A stretch of 24,224 bases of DNA from a virus. Lineage: Duplodnaviria; Caudoviricetes. This document shows, one piece after another, positions 9,742 through 17,055 of the stretch (positions are counted from its first letter, which is position 1; each line of letters opens with the position of its first letter). The notes under the pieces were generated by a model that saw nothing but the letters and a program-made list of their open reading frames with translations, did no database searches and had not been told where the DNA came from. The stretch spans positions 1 through 24,224 of the IMG/VR virus record IMGVR_UViG_3300046383_000019. One strand, written 5' to 3'. The translations under genes and the position numbers were made by a program.

Positions 9742-9935
9742 TAGCCGCCGATGAATTCATCGAGCCATTTCTGCCACTGGTCGATATCCCACCATAGCCA
9801 GTTCGCCGTCGCCGCACTCATGCGCCCGAGCGGCGCGAAGCCGGCTGTTTTCTCGCCGGCGCTCGGCTCGATGCGAGGGTTAGGTGCGCCGGGCGCGCTC
9901 GACCAGTCGGAGGTGGTGCTCGGGCGTGTCGCCAT
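9738..9935 (-). CDS. Stand-alone tail-fibre N-terminal anchor domain (65 aa)
   Basis: MATRPSTTSDW...IEPSAGEKTAGFAP...AATANWLWWDIDQWQKWLDE aligns by eye with the N-termini of the two following genes. Stop overlaps the next start. Confidence 0.7.
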   Translation of the reverse strand: MATRPSTTSDWSSAPGAPNPRIEPSAGEKTAGFAPLGRMSAATANWLWWDIDQWQKWLDEFIGGY

Positions 9936-10077
9936 GGCGCACCCTACAGGCGGTCAGTCGGCTAGTCCACGGGTCGACTGGCTGCTCGAGCGACCGAGCG
10001 ACCAGCCGCCCGGCTGCTCGAGCCCGAGCTCGGGCCGGTTCCCTTTTCGCGCCCGGCGCAGTAGGCCGGCGAAGACC

Positions 10078-10512
10078 CTAGCGCCCGAGCGCCGGCTCGA
10101 GGCCGCCCGGCCGCTGCACGAGCAACATGCCGTGCATGATGGTCAGCGCCTCGCCCGCTGCATCGATGAGCCACACGACATAAGGCCAGCTCGCCGAAGG
10201 CCTCGTGCCGAGCAGCTCGCCCGACTGCGCCGAGGTCAGCTGCAGCAGCGTTGCGGCGCCCGGCTCGCCGCTCACCACGGTCCATTCAGCGACGGGCGGC
10301 GTCACGCCCTGATCGAGCAGCGGCGCCTCGATGGTCAGACCCTCGAGGTCGAGCGGCGCGCCCGAGGCATCGAGCAGCAGCAGCGGCACACTGATCGCCG
10401 AGCCGCCGACGAATCGCAGCTCGTGCGGCTGCGGCACACCGTCGTATACGGGCGCGCTCCCACACGAGACTACAGCATGCGCGGCTAGATCGACCGTGAT
10501 CGTGATGGTCAC
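10078..10512 (-). CDS. Putative virion protein, BppU-like beta-sandwich
   Basis: 'G.PLDLEGLTI', 'LQLTSAQS..L', 'YVVWLID..G...TI.HG.L.V' pattern. GTG 10512 is preceded by TATCGT-N6. Confidence 0.55.
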   Translation of the reverse strand: MTITITVDLAAHAVVSCGSAPVYDGVPQPHELRFVGGSAISVPLLLLDASGAPLDLEGLTIEAPLLDQGVTPPVAEWTVVSGEPGAATLLQLTSAQSGELLGTRPSASWPYVVWLIDAAGEALTIMHGMLLVQRPGGLEPALGR

Positions 10513-10600
10513 CGCGCCACGATACGCCGCCTCGGCGATTATGTCGATCACGCTATATATGCCCCTTGCGACGATCCATCGCGCGGCGATACTCGAGGGC

Positions 10601-10822
10601 ATGCTCGATGCATCGCAGCCGTTCGAGGTGTTCGCCGAGGCCGCCGCAGCACTGACCGAGGCCGGCTATGTCTTCGACCGGGACGCCCTCGTATGGCGCT
10701 CGAGCTCGGGCGCGCACGCTCGCATCGAGCGGCGCGACGTAGCCGTGCCCTCGAGCTCGGCGATCGTGCGGCGCTACTGGATACGCGATGTCAGCGCGGC
10801 CGCCCTGCTCGGGCGGCTATAG
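10601..10822 (+). CDS. Hypothetical protein (73 aa)
   Basis: Protein-like composition from ATG 10601, GATACT-N7 upstream, converges on 10817. Confidence 0.55.
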   Translation: MLDASQPFEVFAEAAAALTEAGYVFDRDALVWRSSSGAHARIERRDVAVPSSSAIVRRYWIRDVSAAALLGRL

Positions 10823-11035
10823 GTCGCGCCCGAGCATGGCGCTGCGGCAGCGCCCGATCGCGCGCAGCACCCTGATCGTGCGCTCGAGCTCGCCGCCGCT
10901 GTGCGCGACCTCGATCGCGAGCCGGCATGTCTCGATCACATGGCCGATCGAGCAGCCGTCGCGCTCGGCCTCGGCGCGCAGCCATCGCGCCGTGTCTCGC
11001 GACACAGCGATCCGCAGCCGCTCGCGCTCGCTCAT
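10817..11035 (-). CDS. Small possible ribbon-helix-helix protein
   Basis: 'RLRIAVSRDTARWLRAEAERDGCSIGHVIE' beta-alpha-alpha pattern. ATGA overlap places it in the par operon. Confidence 0.55.
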   Translation of the reverse strand: MSERERLRIAVSRDTARWLRAEAERDGCSIGHVIETCRLAIEVAHSGGELERTIRVLRAIGRCRSAMLGRDL

Positions 11036-11325
11036 GAGCCGCTCGCCTTGCCGCGGCCGAGGTAGGCCTCGATCGCCTCGGCGATGGCGATCGACAACTC
11101 GACACGCTCGCCGACGCAGTGCACGCGCAGCCGCTGCCCGAGCTCGAGCGGCAGGTAAGCCGTGATCCGGTCGACCTCGCCTCGAGGCCGGGCGAGCACG
11201 CCGCGGCGCTTGCGACCGCCGCCGCTCGCCTTCGGCGCCGGGCGCGGTTTGTCAGCGGCCATCACGAAGACATCGGCGCCGCGCGGCGGTCGCACCTGCG
11301 GCCGCGCTCGTTTCGAGCTGCTCAT
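11032..11325 (-). CDS. ParG-like ribbon-helix-helix centromere-binding protein
   Basis: Basic disordered N-terminal tail, then 'RITAYLPLELGQRLRVHCV.ERVELSIAIAEAIEAYL'. ATGA overlap with parA. Confidence 0.75.
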   Translation of the reverse strand: MSSSKRARPQVRPPRGADVFVMAADKPRPAPKASGGGRKRRGVLARPRGEVDRITAYLPLELGQRLRVHCVGERVELSIAIAEAIEAYLGRGKASGS

Positions 11326-12005
11326 GCCAAGCCTCCTCCGGCGCGATCGCGTCGCCGCCGCGATCTCTTGCCGATGAGCAGGTCGATCTCGCCGGCGAGC
11401 GACCGTATCTCGGCGGCGGCCGCGCCGGCACGCTGCCAGGTCGTGACGCCGGCGCCGGCCGCGCTCGCCTCCTGATAGTCCGTGCGATAGCCGATCTCGG
11501 TCGCGAGCACGCGCAGCTTCGTTTCCTCGAGCACGCTGCGCGCCTCGCGCGCGAGCACAGTGCGCGCGATCTTTTTGGTTACGAGGATCGCCGCCTCGAG
11601 CTCAGGCCGCAGCGAGCGCGCCTGCTCGAGCAGCTGCAGCGACTCGGCGAGCGCCCAACAATCATGAGCACTCGGCCCGCATGGCAGCACAGCGAGGTCG
11701 GCGATCATGAGCGCCGCTCGCTGCACGTCGCCCACGCCGGGCGGAGGGTCGATGATCACGACATCGAACCGCGGCGCGAGGCGCGGCAGCTGCGTCGGCT
11801 GATACATCGTGCCGCCCATGGCGACCAGCGTCGGCACAGCCCGGCCGCGCTCTTGCGCGATCTCGAGCCAGGTCGAGACCGTGCGCTGCGGATCGGCATC
11901 GACCAGCAACACGGATCGGCCCTTCTCGAGCCAGTGCGCAGCGAGCGAGATCGCGACGGTCGAGCGGCCGAGGCCGCCCTTTTGCCCGGACAACGCGATG
12001 ATCAC
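11322..12005 (-). CDS. parA: ParA/ParF-family partition ATPase (type Ib)
   Basis: 'SGQKGGLGRST' deviant Walker A, 'LLVDADPQ', 'DVVIIDPPP', 'ADLAVLP..PS..D'. GTG 12005 follows a GGAGG RBS. No N-terminal HTH. Confidence 0.92.
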   Translation of the reverse strand: MIIALSGQKGGLGRSTVAISLAAHWLEKGRSVLLVDADPQRTVSTWLEIAQERGRAVPTLVAMGGTMYQPTQLPRLAPRFDVVIIDPPPGVGDVQRAALMIADLAVLPCGPSAHDCWALAESLQLLEQARSLRPELEAAILVTKKIARTVLAREARSVLEETKLRVLATEIGYRTDYQEASAAGAGVTTWQRAGAAAAEIRSLAGEIDLLIGKRSRRRRDRAGGGLA

Positions 12006-12049
12006 TGCGCCCTCCAGAGTTTCCAGGGAACGAATATATTGCACATGAG

Positions 12050-12097
12050 CAGTAGCCTAGCACGTCAGTCGACCAGTCGACTAGACGGCCGGTCAAG
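12050..12097. promoter_or_regulatory. Candidate par operator/centromere: six phased 8-bp units
   Basis: CAGTAGCC TAGCACGT CAGTCGAC CAGTCGAC TAGACGGC CGGTCAAG directly upstream of parA. Confidence 0.55.
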
Positions 12098-12158
12098 TGA
12101 TATATTGATGCGTAGCAGTCGCTGCGATGGCGCCTGCGGTACCGCTGGAGGTGTGTGA

Positions 12159-13175
12159 ATGGGCCGGCTACATGCGCGCGATGAGCGCTGCGAGCACGAG
12201 GGTTTCACGGTCGGCTATGTGCCGCGCGACTGGCAGCCGCAGCCGATCGACACGCTCGGATGCAAGCGTAAGGTCGCTTGGCTCGAGCCTTATACCGCGC
12301 GCGGCGTGCTGCGCGAGGTCGGGCTGCTCGAGCATAACCTCGATATCGAGGTGCGCGGCATATGCGTGATCGGCCTCGGCTGCGCGTGTGGATGGCGCTC
12401 GCCATATTACGAGCTCGGGACGCAGGTCGACTGGTCGCCCTGCATCACGCATGCGCCCGAATGGCTCGAGGATCGCCTCTCGGCGAAATGGTGGACGCCG
12501 CATGTCGAGGCCGCGCTGCGTCTCGAGCCCGAGCCGAGCCTGCTCGAGCGGCTGCAGTCGCACCTGATCGGCGACCTCGAGGCGATCGCGCGGCAGCTCA
12601 TCGCCTCGCCCGGCTCGCGCGTAGTCGGCAGGCGCCTCGCGCAGCTCATCGACCGCGCGAAGATCGGCGCGCCGAACCCGGCGCCGGCGTCACGCTCGAG
12701 CGCCGAGCTCGCGCCGGTCGATGACCCGCAGACACACGATCGCGCCGTGTGCGACTGCCTCGACTGCGAGAACTGGCGAGCGGCCGAGGCCTCGCACGCC
12801 GAGCCCGAGCAGCGCTACCGCTGCGCCTCGCCGGCGTGCCCTGGTTACAGCTATCGCGCGAGCCAGTTTGCGCACCCTGCCGATACATGCGGCTCGCGCC
12901 CGGCCGAGGCCTCGACCTACAGCTATATCGAGCGAGCGCCCGAGGCCGGCGTGCGGCTCGAGGTCGAGCTCGAGCCCAAGGCTGCCGCCGCGCTGCTAGC
13001 GCTGCTCGATGAGCTCGGCATGTCGCACCTAAACTGGCTCCTTGCTCGCGATGAGGCCGGCCGGCGCCTCGAGTATCGCGTGTGCTCGATGGTCGATCCG
13101 CAGGCGCCGACGGTCGACCCGGCGTGCGACGCACTCGCCGAGCTCGACCGTGTGCTGCGGCGCGCCATCGAGTAG
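12159..13175 (+). CDS. Hypothetical protein with several Cys/His clusters
   Basis: GGAGG RBS, 338 aa, motifs CACGWRSP, CDCLDC, CASPAC...HP..TC. Confidence 0.65.
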   Translation: MGRLHARDERCEHEGFTVGYVPRDWQPQPIDTLGCKRKVAWLEPYTARGVLREVGLLEHNLDIEVRGICVIGLGCACGWRSPYYELGTQVDWSPCITHAPEWLEDRLSAKWWTPHVEAALRLEPEPSLLERLQSHLIGDLEAIARQLIASPGSRVVGRRLAQLIDRAKIGAPNPAPASRSSAELAPVDDPQTHDRAVCDCLDCENWRAAEASHAEPEQRYRCASPACPGYSYRASQFAHPADTCGSRPAEASTYSYIERAPEAGVRLEVELEPKAAAALLALLDELGMSHLNWLLARDEAGRRLEYRVCSMVDPQAPTVDPACDALAELDRVLRRAIE

Positions 13176-13184
13176 GCTGCCGGC

Positions 13185-13463
13185 ATGCCGCATCGCAGCA
13201 AGCCGCGCCCTGTGCCCGAGCTGCAGGTCACACGAGCCGAGCGGCTCGCCTTCGGCCGCGGAATGCGCATGGCTCGCGAGGCGCTCGGGCTGCCGCTGGT
13301 CGAGGTCGCGGTCGCGCTCAATATCTCGCTCGGGCAGCTCGAGCAGCTCGAGCGCGGCGAGCTCGAGCGCACTCGCGAGCAGTTCCGGCAGGCCGCATGG
13401 TGGCTGGTATACCTGCTCGGCGACGGCTGGCTCGAGCCCGGTAGCGCCGGCGAGTATCGTTAG
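13185..13463 (+). CDS. Small XRE-type HTH protein
   Basis: 'AFGRGMRMAREALGLPLVEVAVALNISLGQLEQLERGE'. Confidence 0.75.
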   Translation: MPHRSKPRPVPELQVTRAERLAFGRGMRMAREALGLPLVEVAVALNISLGQLEQLERGELERTREQFRQAAWWLVYLLGDGWLEPGSAGEYR

Positions 13464-14440
13464 AGCCCGATGTCCGCCGATGCGTTGCCCGTGTCGAGCA
13501 GGCGCGCCTCGCGCACATACCGATCGACCATCGATCGGCCGGCCCATCGCCCTTGCTCCATGATGCGGCGATCAGTCTTACCTGCTCGCGCGGCCGAGGT
13601 CGCGAGGCCTGCGCGCAGTGAATGTCCCGAGTAGTCGCCGGCGATGGCTGCGCGGCGAGTCGAGCGCTTTACGATCAGCGCGACGCTCGCGCCGCTCAAT
13701 GACTCGCCGACACGACCATCGCGCAGCACTCGCCGGAAGATGCGGCCGCGCCGCAGTCGGGCGGCCTGCAGCCAGGCCTGCAGCGCGCGCACAGGGCAGG
13801 TTAGCGGGTCAGCGCCTCGAGCGATGCCGATGCGCACGCCGCGCGCCTCCTGGTCTGTTTTGCTGCGGCGCACCTCGAGCTCGATGCCGCCCGTCACGAA
13901 CCGCACGTCGCCGAGCTCGAGCGCGACCAGCTCACTACGGCGCAGCGCGCCGGCGAGGCCGATCGCGAGCAGCGCCCGGTCGCGCTTGCCCTGCAGCGTG
14001 CGCGGCAGGATGCGCGAGATGGCGCGCAGCTCATCGGTGACCAGCGGCGCGACGCGTCGCTGCGCTGTGCCGAGCGAGCGCCGAATGCCGGACCATAGCT
14101 GCAGGACTGCAGGGTGACGGGTCGGCGCCTCGAGGCCTGCGGTCGTGTGCCGATGCGCGATCGCAGACAGCGCCATCGAGATCGAGGCGACTTTCAAGCG
14201 CTGCGCGAGCTGCGAGAGATACAGGGCGAGCGTGTCGGGCGCGCAGGGCAGCGACGCGCGGCCGCGCTCACGAGCCCAACGCTCGAAACGGCGCCATTGC
14301 CCGGCATACTCGGCGAGCGTGCGCGGCGCGCGGCAAGCAGCGACGTAGGCCATCGCGCCGCCCATGAGCTGCTCGAGCTCGCGCTCCGGCAGGGCGAGTG
14401 CGCTCGAGCTCGGCTGCGGTCGTGACTCGCGCCGGCTCAT
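13460..14440 (-). CDS. Cre-like tyrosine recombinase / resolvase
   Basis: Catalytic motifs 'RDRALL...GALRRSEL', 'RSKTDQ', 'SGHSLRAG.AT', 'GRW...MVDRY' (W in place of the second His, as in Cre). SAM-like N-terminal domain. ATG 14440 overlaps the upstream stop. Confidence 0.92.
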   Translation of the reverse strand: MSRRESRPQPSSSALALPERELEQLMGGAMAYVAACRAPRTLAEYAGQWRRFERWARERGRASLPCAPDTLALYLSQLAQRLKVASISMALSAIAHRHTTAGLEAPTRHPAVLQLWSGIRRSLGTAQRRVAPLVTDELRAISRILPRTLQGKRDRALLAIGLAGALRRSELVALELGDVRFVTGGIELEVRRSKTDQEARGVRIGIARGADPLTCPVRALQAWLQAARLRRGRIFRRVLRDGRVGESLSGASVALIVKRSTRRAAIAGDYSGHSLRAGLATSAARAGKTDRRIMEQGRWAGRSMVDRYVREARLLDTGNASADIGL

Positions 14441-14730
14441 CGCGGCTCCTGCTCGGCGGCGCCGTCGGCATCGAGCGCCTCGAGCCGCAGCTGCAGCGCG
14501 ATCGCGCCGGCCGTTACCGCTTCCCATACAGGGTCGCCCACAGCGCGGATCCCTCGCCCGATGCACCACCGCTGCCGGAATCGGGCGAGGTCCTCGAGCG
14601 TCGCGATATTCGCTCGCATGCCATCGCGCGCGGCCGCGATGAGCTCGAGCGCCCGGTCGAGCAGCTCGCCCGAGGGCGTGTCGCTCGAGCTCGGCGCGGC
14701 AGGCTGGCCAGGGTGCGGCGATTGACTCAC
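14437..14730 (-). CDS. Hypothetical protein upstream of the recombinase
   Basis: 97-aa ORF whose stop overlaps the recombinase ATG; start uncertain. Confidence 0.5.
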   Translation of the reverse strand: MSQSPHPGQPAAPSSSDTPSGELLDRALELIAAARDGMRANIATLEDLARFRQRWCIGRGIRAVGDPVWEAVTAGAIALQLRLEALDADGAAEQEPR

Positions 14731-14752
14731 ACTAACGGAGATTAGTGTAACT
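14725..14752. other. Candidate lox/dif-like recombination site (11-6-11)
   Basis: ACTCACACTAA-CGGAGA-TTAGTGTAACT; arms are 9/11 inverted-complementary; AT-rich; adjacent to the recombinase operon. Confidence 0.6.
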
Positions 14753-14883
14753 ATCTCGGGATGGCCATCCGGCTAACTCGAGCCATAACGGGCGGCGCCC
14801 GGCGATTATCTATATATAGATGCGCCCTCGAGCCCGGCGCGGCTCGGCTGCGCGCAGCTCGGGCTCGGTGTAGTCTCGGCCGC

Positions 14884-15159
14884 ATGAGTGGCATTGCCGA
14901 TGAGCGGCTCTCCGCTAGGCTGGCTGGTTTCGCGAGGGCATTCGAGGCCGTGAACCTAGTTGGCAACCTCGAGCGGCTCGAGCAGGATGCGCGCGCGCTA
15001 GCCGAGCAGCTCGCACGCATCACGCCGAGCGCGCTCGATGAGCTGCTCACGCCGGGCGATCGCGAGCTCGCCGAAAACCACGGCGCCGGGTTCGCACGCG
15101 CAGCCTATCCGCTGCTCGCCGAGCTCGCCCGGCTCGGGTTGTATCGCGCGACGCGGTAG
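14884..15159 (+). CDS. Hypothetical helical protein (91 aa)
   Basis: ATG 14884 preceded by TAGTCT-N7; protein-like composition. Confidence 0.6.
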   Translation: MSGIADERLSARLAGFARAFEAVNLVGNLERLEQDARALAEQLARITPSALDELLTPGDRELAENHGAGFARAAYPLLAELARLGLYRATR

Positions 15160-15168
15160 GAGGGCCGG

Positions 15169-15462
15169 CTAAATCCATATGCCGCAGATCCGCGGATCGT
15201 CGTCGGGATGCGGGCAGATGAGGGCGAGGTTCGGGAAGTGCTGCTCGATCCATGCTCGAGCATGGTCCTCGCGCTCGAATGCGAGGGCGCAGGGTGACGG
15301 CTTGTGCTCGGGCTCGAGGCCGGCCCATGCGCGCACTCCCCATGCAGCGGTCTGATCGTGGTGATGGTAGAGCGCGAGCATGAACCCCGGCTCGCGCTCG
15401 CGCGCATGCCAGTAAGCGGCCATGCGCTCGGGATGCGCGACATCGAAGGGCGGCCATGCCAT
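15169..15462 (-). CDS. Hypothetical protein (97 aa)
   Basis: ATG preceded by TAGACT-N6; Trp/His-rich, ends 'HPDDDPRICGIWI'. Confidence 0.65.
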   Translation of the reverse strand: MAWPPFDVAHPERMAAYWHAREREPGFMLALYHHHDQTAAWGVRAWAGLEPEHKPSPCALAFEREDHARAWIEQHFPNLALICPHPDDDPRICGIWI

Positions 15463-15659
15463 GTCGCGAGTCTAACCGCGCCGGCGTCGCCGCGCGCCCT
15501 CGAGGCTGCCGGGCTCGCGATGGCTGGCGCGAGCAAAGAGCGTGATCGGGTCGAGAGGCGAGAGTCGCGCGCGAGCTGCGCCGCGCCCTGATCTCTGTAG
15601 TTAACCTTATCCCCCCTCGATGCCCCTAAGAGTCTGCAGGATCCTTGTTTACTCAGGTG

Positions 15660-15857
15660 GTGACAGCTGACCGCGATCCGATCGAGCAGGCGCGGCCGCG
15701 GCCGTTTCGACTGCCGATCGGCACGCCCGAGCCGCTCGAGCTGCAGCGCGACCAGCCTCGGCGCGCCTGCAAACACTGCGCGGCTGCGCAGCAAGCGAGG
15801 CGACGGGCGCAGCTCGCCCTCGAGCGCCGCGCCCGTGATCGGCGATCGCAGCTGTAG
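15660..15857 (+). CDS. Small hypothetical CxxC protein
   Basis: GTG after AGGTG; 'ACKHC' motif; stop converges 8 bp from the stop of 15865..17034. Confidence 0.4.
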   Translation: MTADRDPIEQARPRPFRLPIGTPEPLELQRDQPRRACKHCAAAQQARRRAQLALERRARDRRSQL

Positions 15858-15864
15858 AGCGTGC

Positions 15865-17034
15865 CTACGTCGGCGCGATGGCACGGCGCAGCTCGGCGAG
15901 GCGCTCCTGCCCGTCGCGCGCAGCGCGGCGCACAGCGCGAGGGCGCAGCCGCGGAACCAGCGATACCACGCTGCGCGCGAGGTCGACTGCCAGCGCTCGC
16001 CCGAGCACCTCGGCGACGATCGGCGACTCGCAGTCCTCGAGCGGCGCGACCGTCGCGATCGTGTAGTGCGACACAGGCCAGCCGCTGCGGCCTACCTCGT
16101 GCGGATAGCAGTGCTGCTCGATCGCGGCAGGGTGTCGCCACTGCCAGGAGTCGATCGCGCCTGTGAGCCAGAGCGCCTGCAGGTAGCCGATGTCGCTATC
16201 GAGCGTGTCGCGCTCGAGCGGATCCCAGTGAGAGAGCGTGCGCTTGCTGACATGCGGCGTGCCGCAGTCACGACACACGCGATAGCCGCAGCCGGGCGGA
16301 CTCACGATCCGGGCGATCATGCATTGCGACGGCCGCTGCATGAGGCGGTCAGCCTCGCCGATGGCGACGGCGACCAGAGCGATCGCCCTCGCACGCCGGG
16401 CGTCGGACCCATGCCCGGCGAAATGGCGCGCTGCATGGCCATCCGTGCCGATGGCATGGGCGGCGAACCATGCGCGGCGCGCGAGCTCGGGCGCCGTGTC
16501 GGCGAGCCGCTCGAGCTCGCCGGCGACCGCCTCGCCGCTGACATCGAGCGCGGCGGCATGGGCGCGCGCGCTCATGTAGAGCTCGAAACGCCCTAACCCG
16601 AATGTGCCGTGCGAGAGGGCGTCGACCTCGCCGCTCGGCGAGCCGCCTGCTCGGCGACCCGTCGCGCCGTGCACGAGCTCGGCGAGCGACATCGCCTCGA
16701 TCTCTGCGCACGTGGCTGCGCGCCGCGCATGGCGCCGCTCGATCGCCGCTCGGCTCGCCGCTCGGCTCGAGGCGCCCTCGAGAGGCTGCCGCAATTGCGG
16801 GTCGCCATCGCCGGGCGAAATATTTTGTCGCGCGAGATCTGTTCCTGCGGCGCGCTCGGCCTGCCAGGCCGCAAAAGCCGCCGCGCGATCGGGCGCGTCA
16901 CGTAGCGCCATCTCGCGCACGGCAGCGGGCAGTCGGGCGAGCAGCCTCGCCTCGGCCTCGAGCATCGCCGGCAGGTCGCCGACTGTTGCTTTCGGCTGGC
17001 CTTTTCTGATGTCGTGCTCTAGTGTCCTGCTCAT
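15865..17034 (-). CDS. Hypothetical protein (389 aa) with Cys/His cluster
   Basis: Long ORF with a globular-looking C-terminal half (PPGCGYRVCRDCGTPH...GYLQAL..TGAIDSWQ...GWPVSHY). Function not recognised. Confidence 0.7.
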   Translation of the reverse strand: MSRTLEHDIRKGQPKATVGDLPAMLEAEARLLARLPAAVREMALRDAPDRAAAFAAWQAERAAGTDLARQNISPGDGDPQLRQPLEGASSRAASRAAIERRHARRAATCAEIEAMSLAELVHGATGRRAGGSPSGEVDALSHGTFGLGRFELYMSARAHAAALDVSGEAVAGELERLADTAPELARRAWFAAHAIGTDGHAARHFAGHGSDARRARAIALVAVAIGEADRLMQRPSQCMIARIVSPPGCGYRVCRDCGTPHVSKRTLSHWDPLERDTLDSDIGYLQALWLTGAIDSWQWRHPAAIEQHCYPHEVGRSGWPVSHYTIATVAPLEDCESPIVAEVLGRALAVDLARSVVSLVPRLRPRAVRRAARDGQERLAELRRAIAPT

Positions 17035-17055
17035 GCGACCCGCAGCTGTTGGCTG

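Noticed and set aside
10022-10047. Intrinsic terminator
   Set aside because: The palindrome GCCCGAGCTCGGGC has no adjacent U-tract on the transcribed (-) strand, and GAGCTC-centred palindromes are common here.
6200-10600. Recombinase-driven invertible fibre segment (Cin/Gin or shufflon type)
   Set aside because: I found no inverted repeats at the block ends, no second copy of the 14725 site and no serine invertase; each fibre gene has its own start.
14759-14821. Hairpin telomere (telRL) of a linear N15-like prophage
   Set aside because: The palindromes are only 12-14 bp and the adjacent enzyme has Cre-like rather than protelomerase features.
15590-15660. AT-rich plasmid origin
   Set aside because: No iterons seen; adequately explained as a divergent promoter region between 15462 and 15660.
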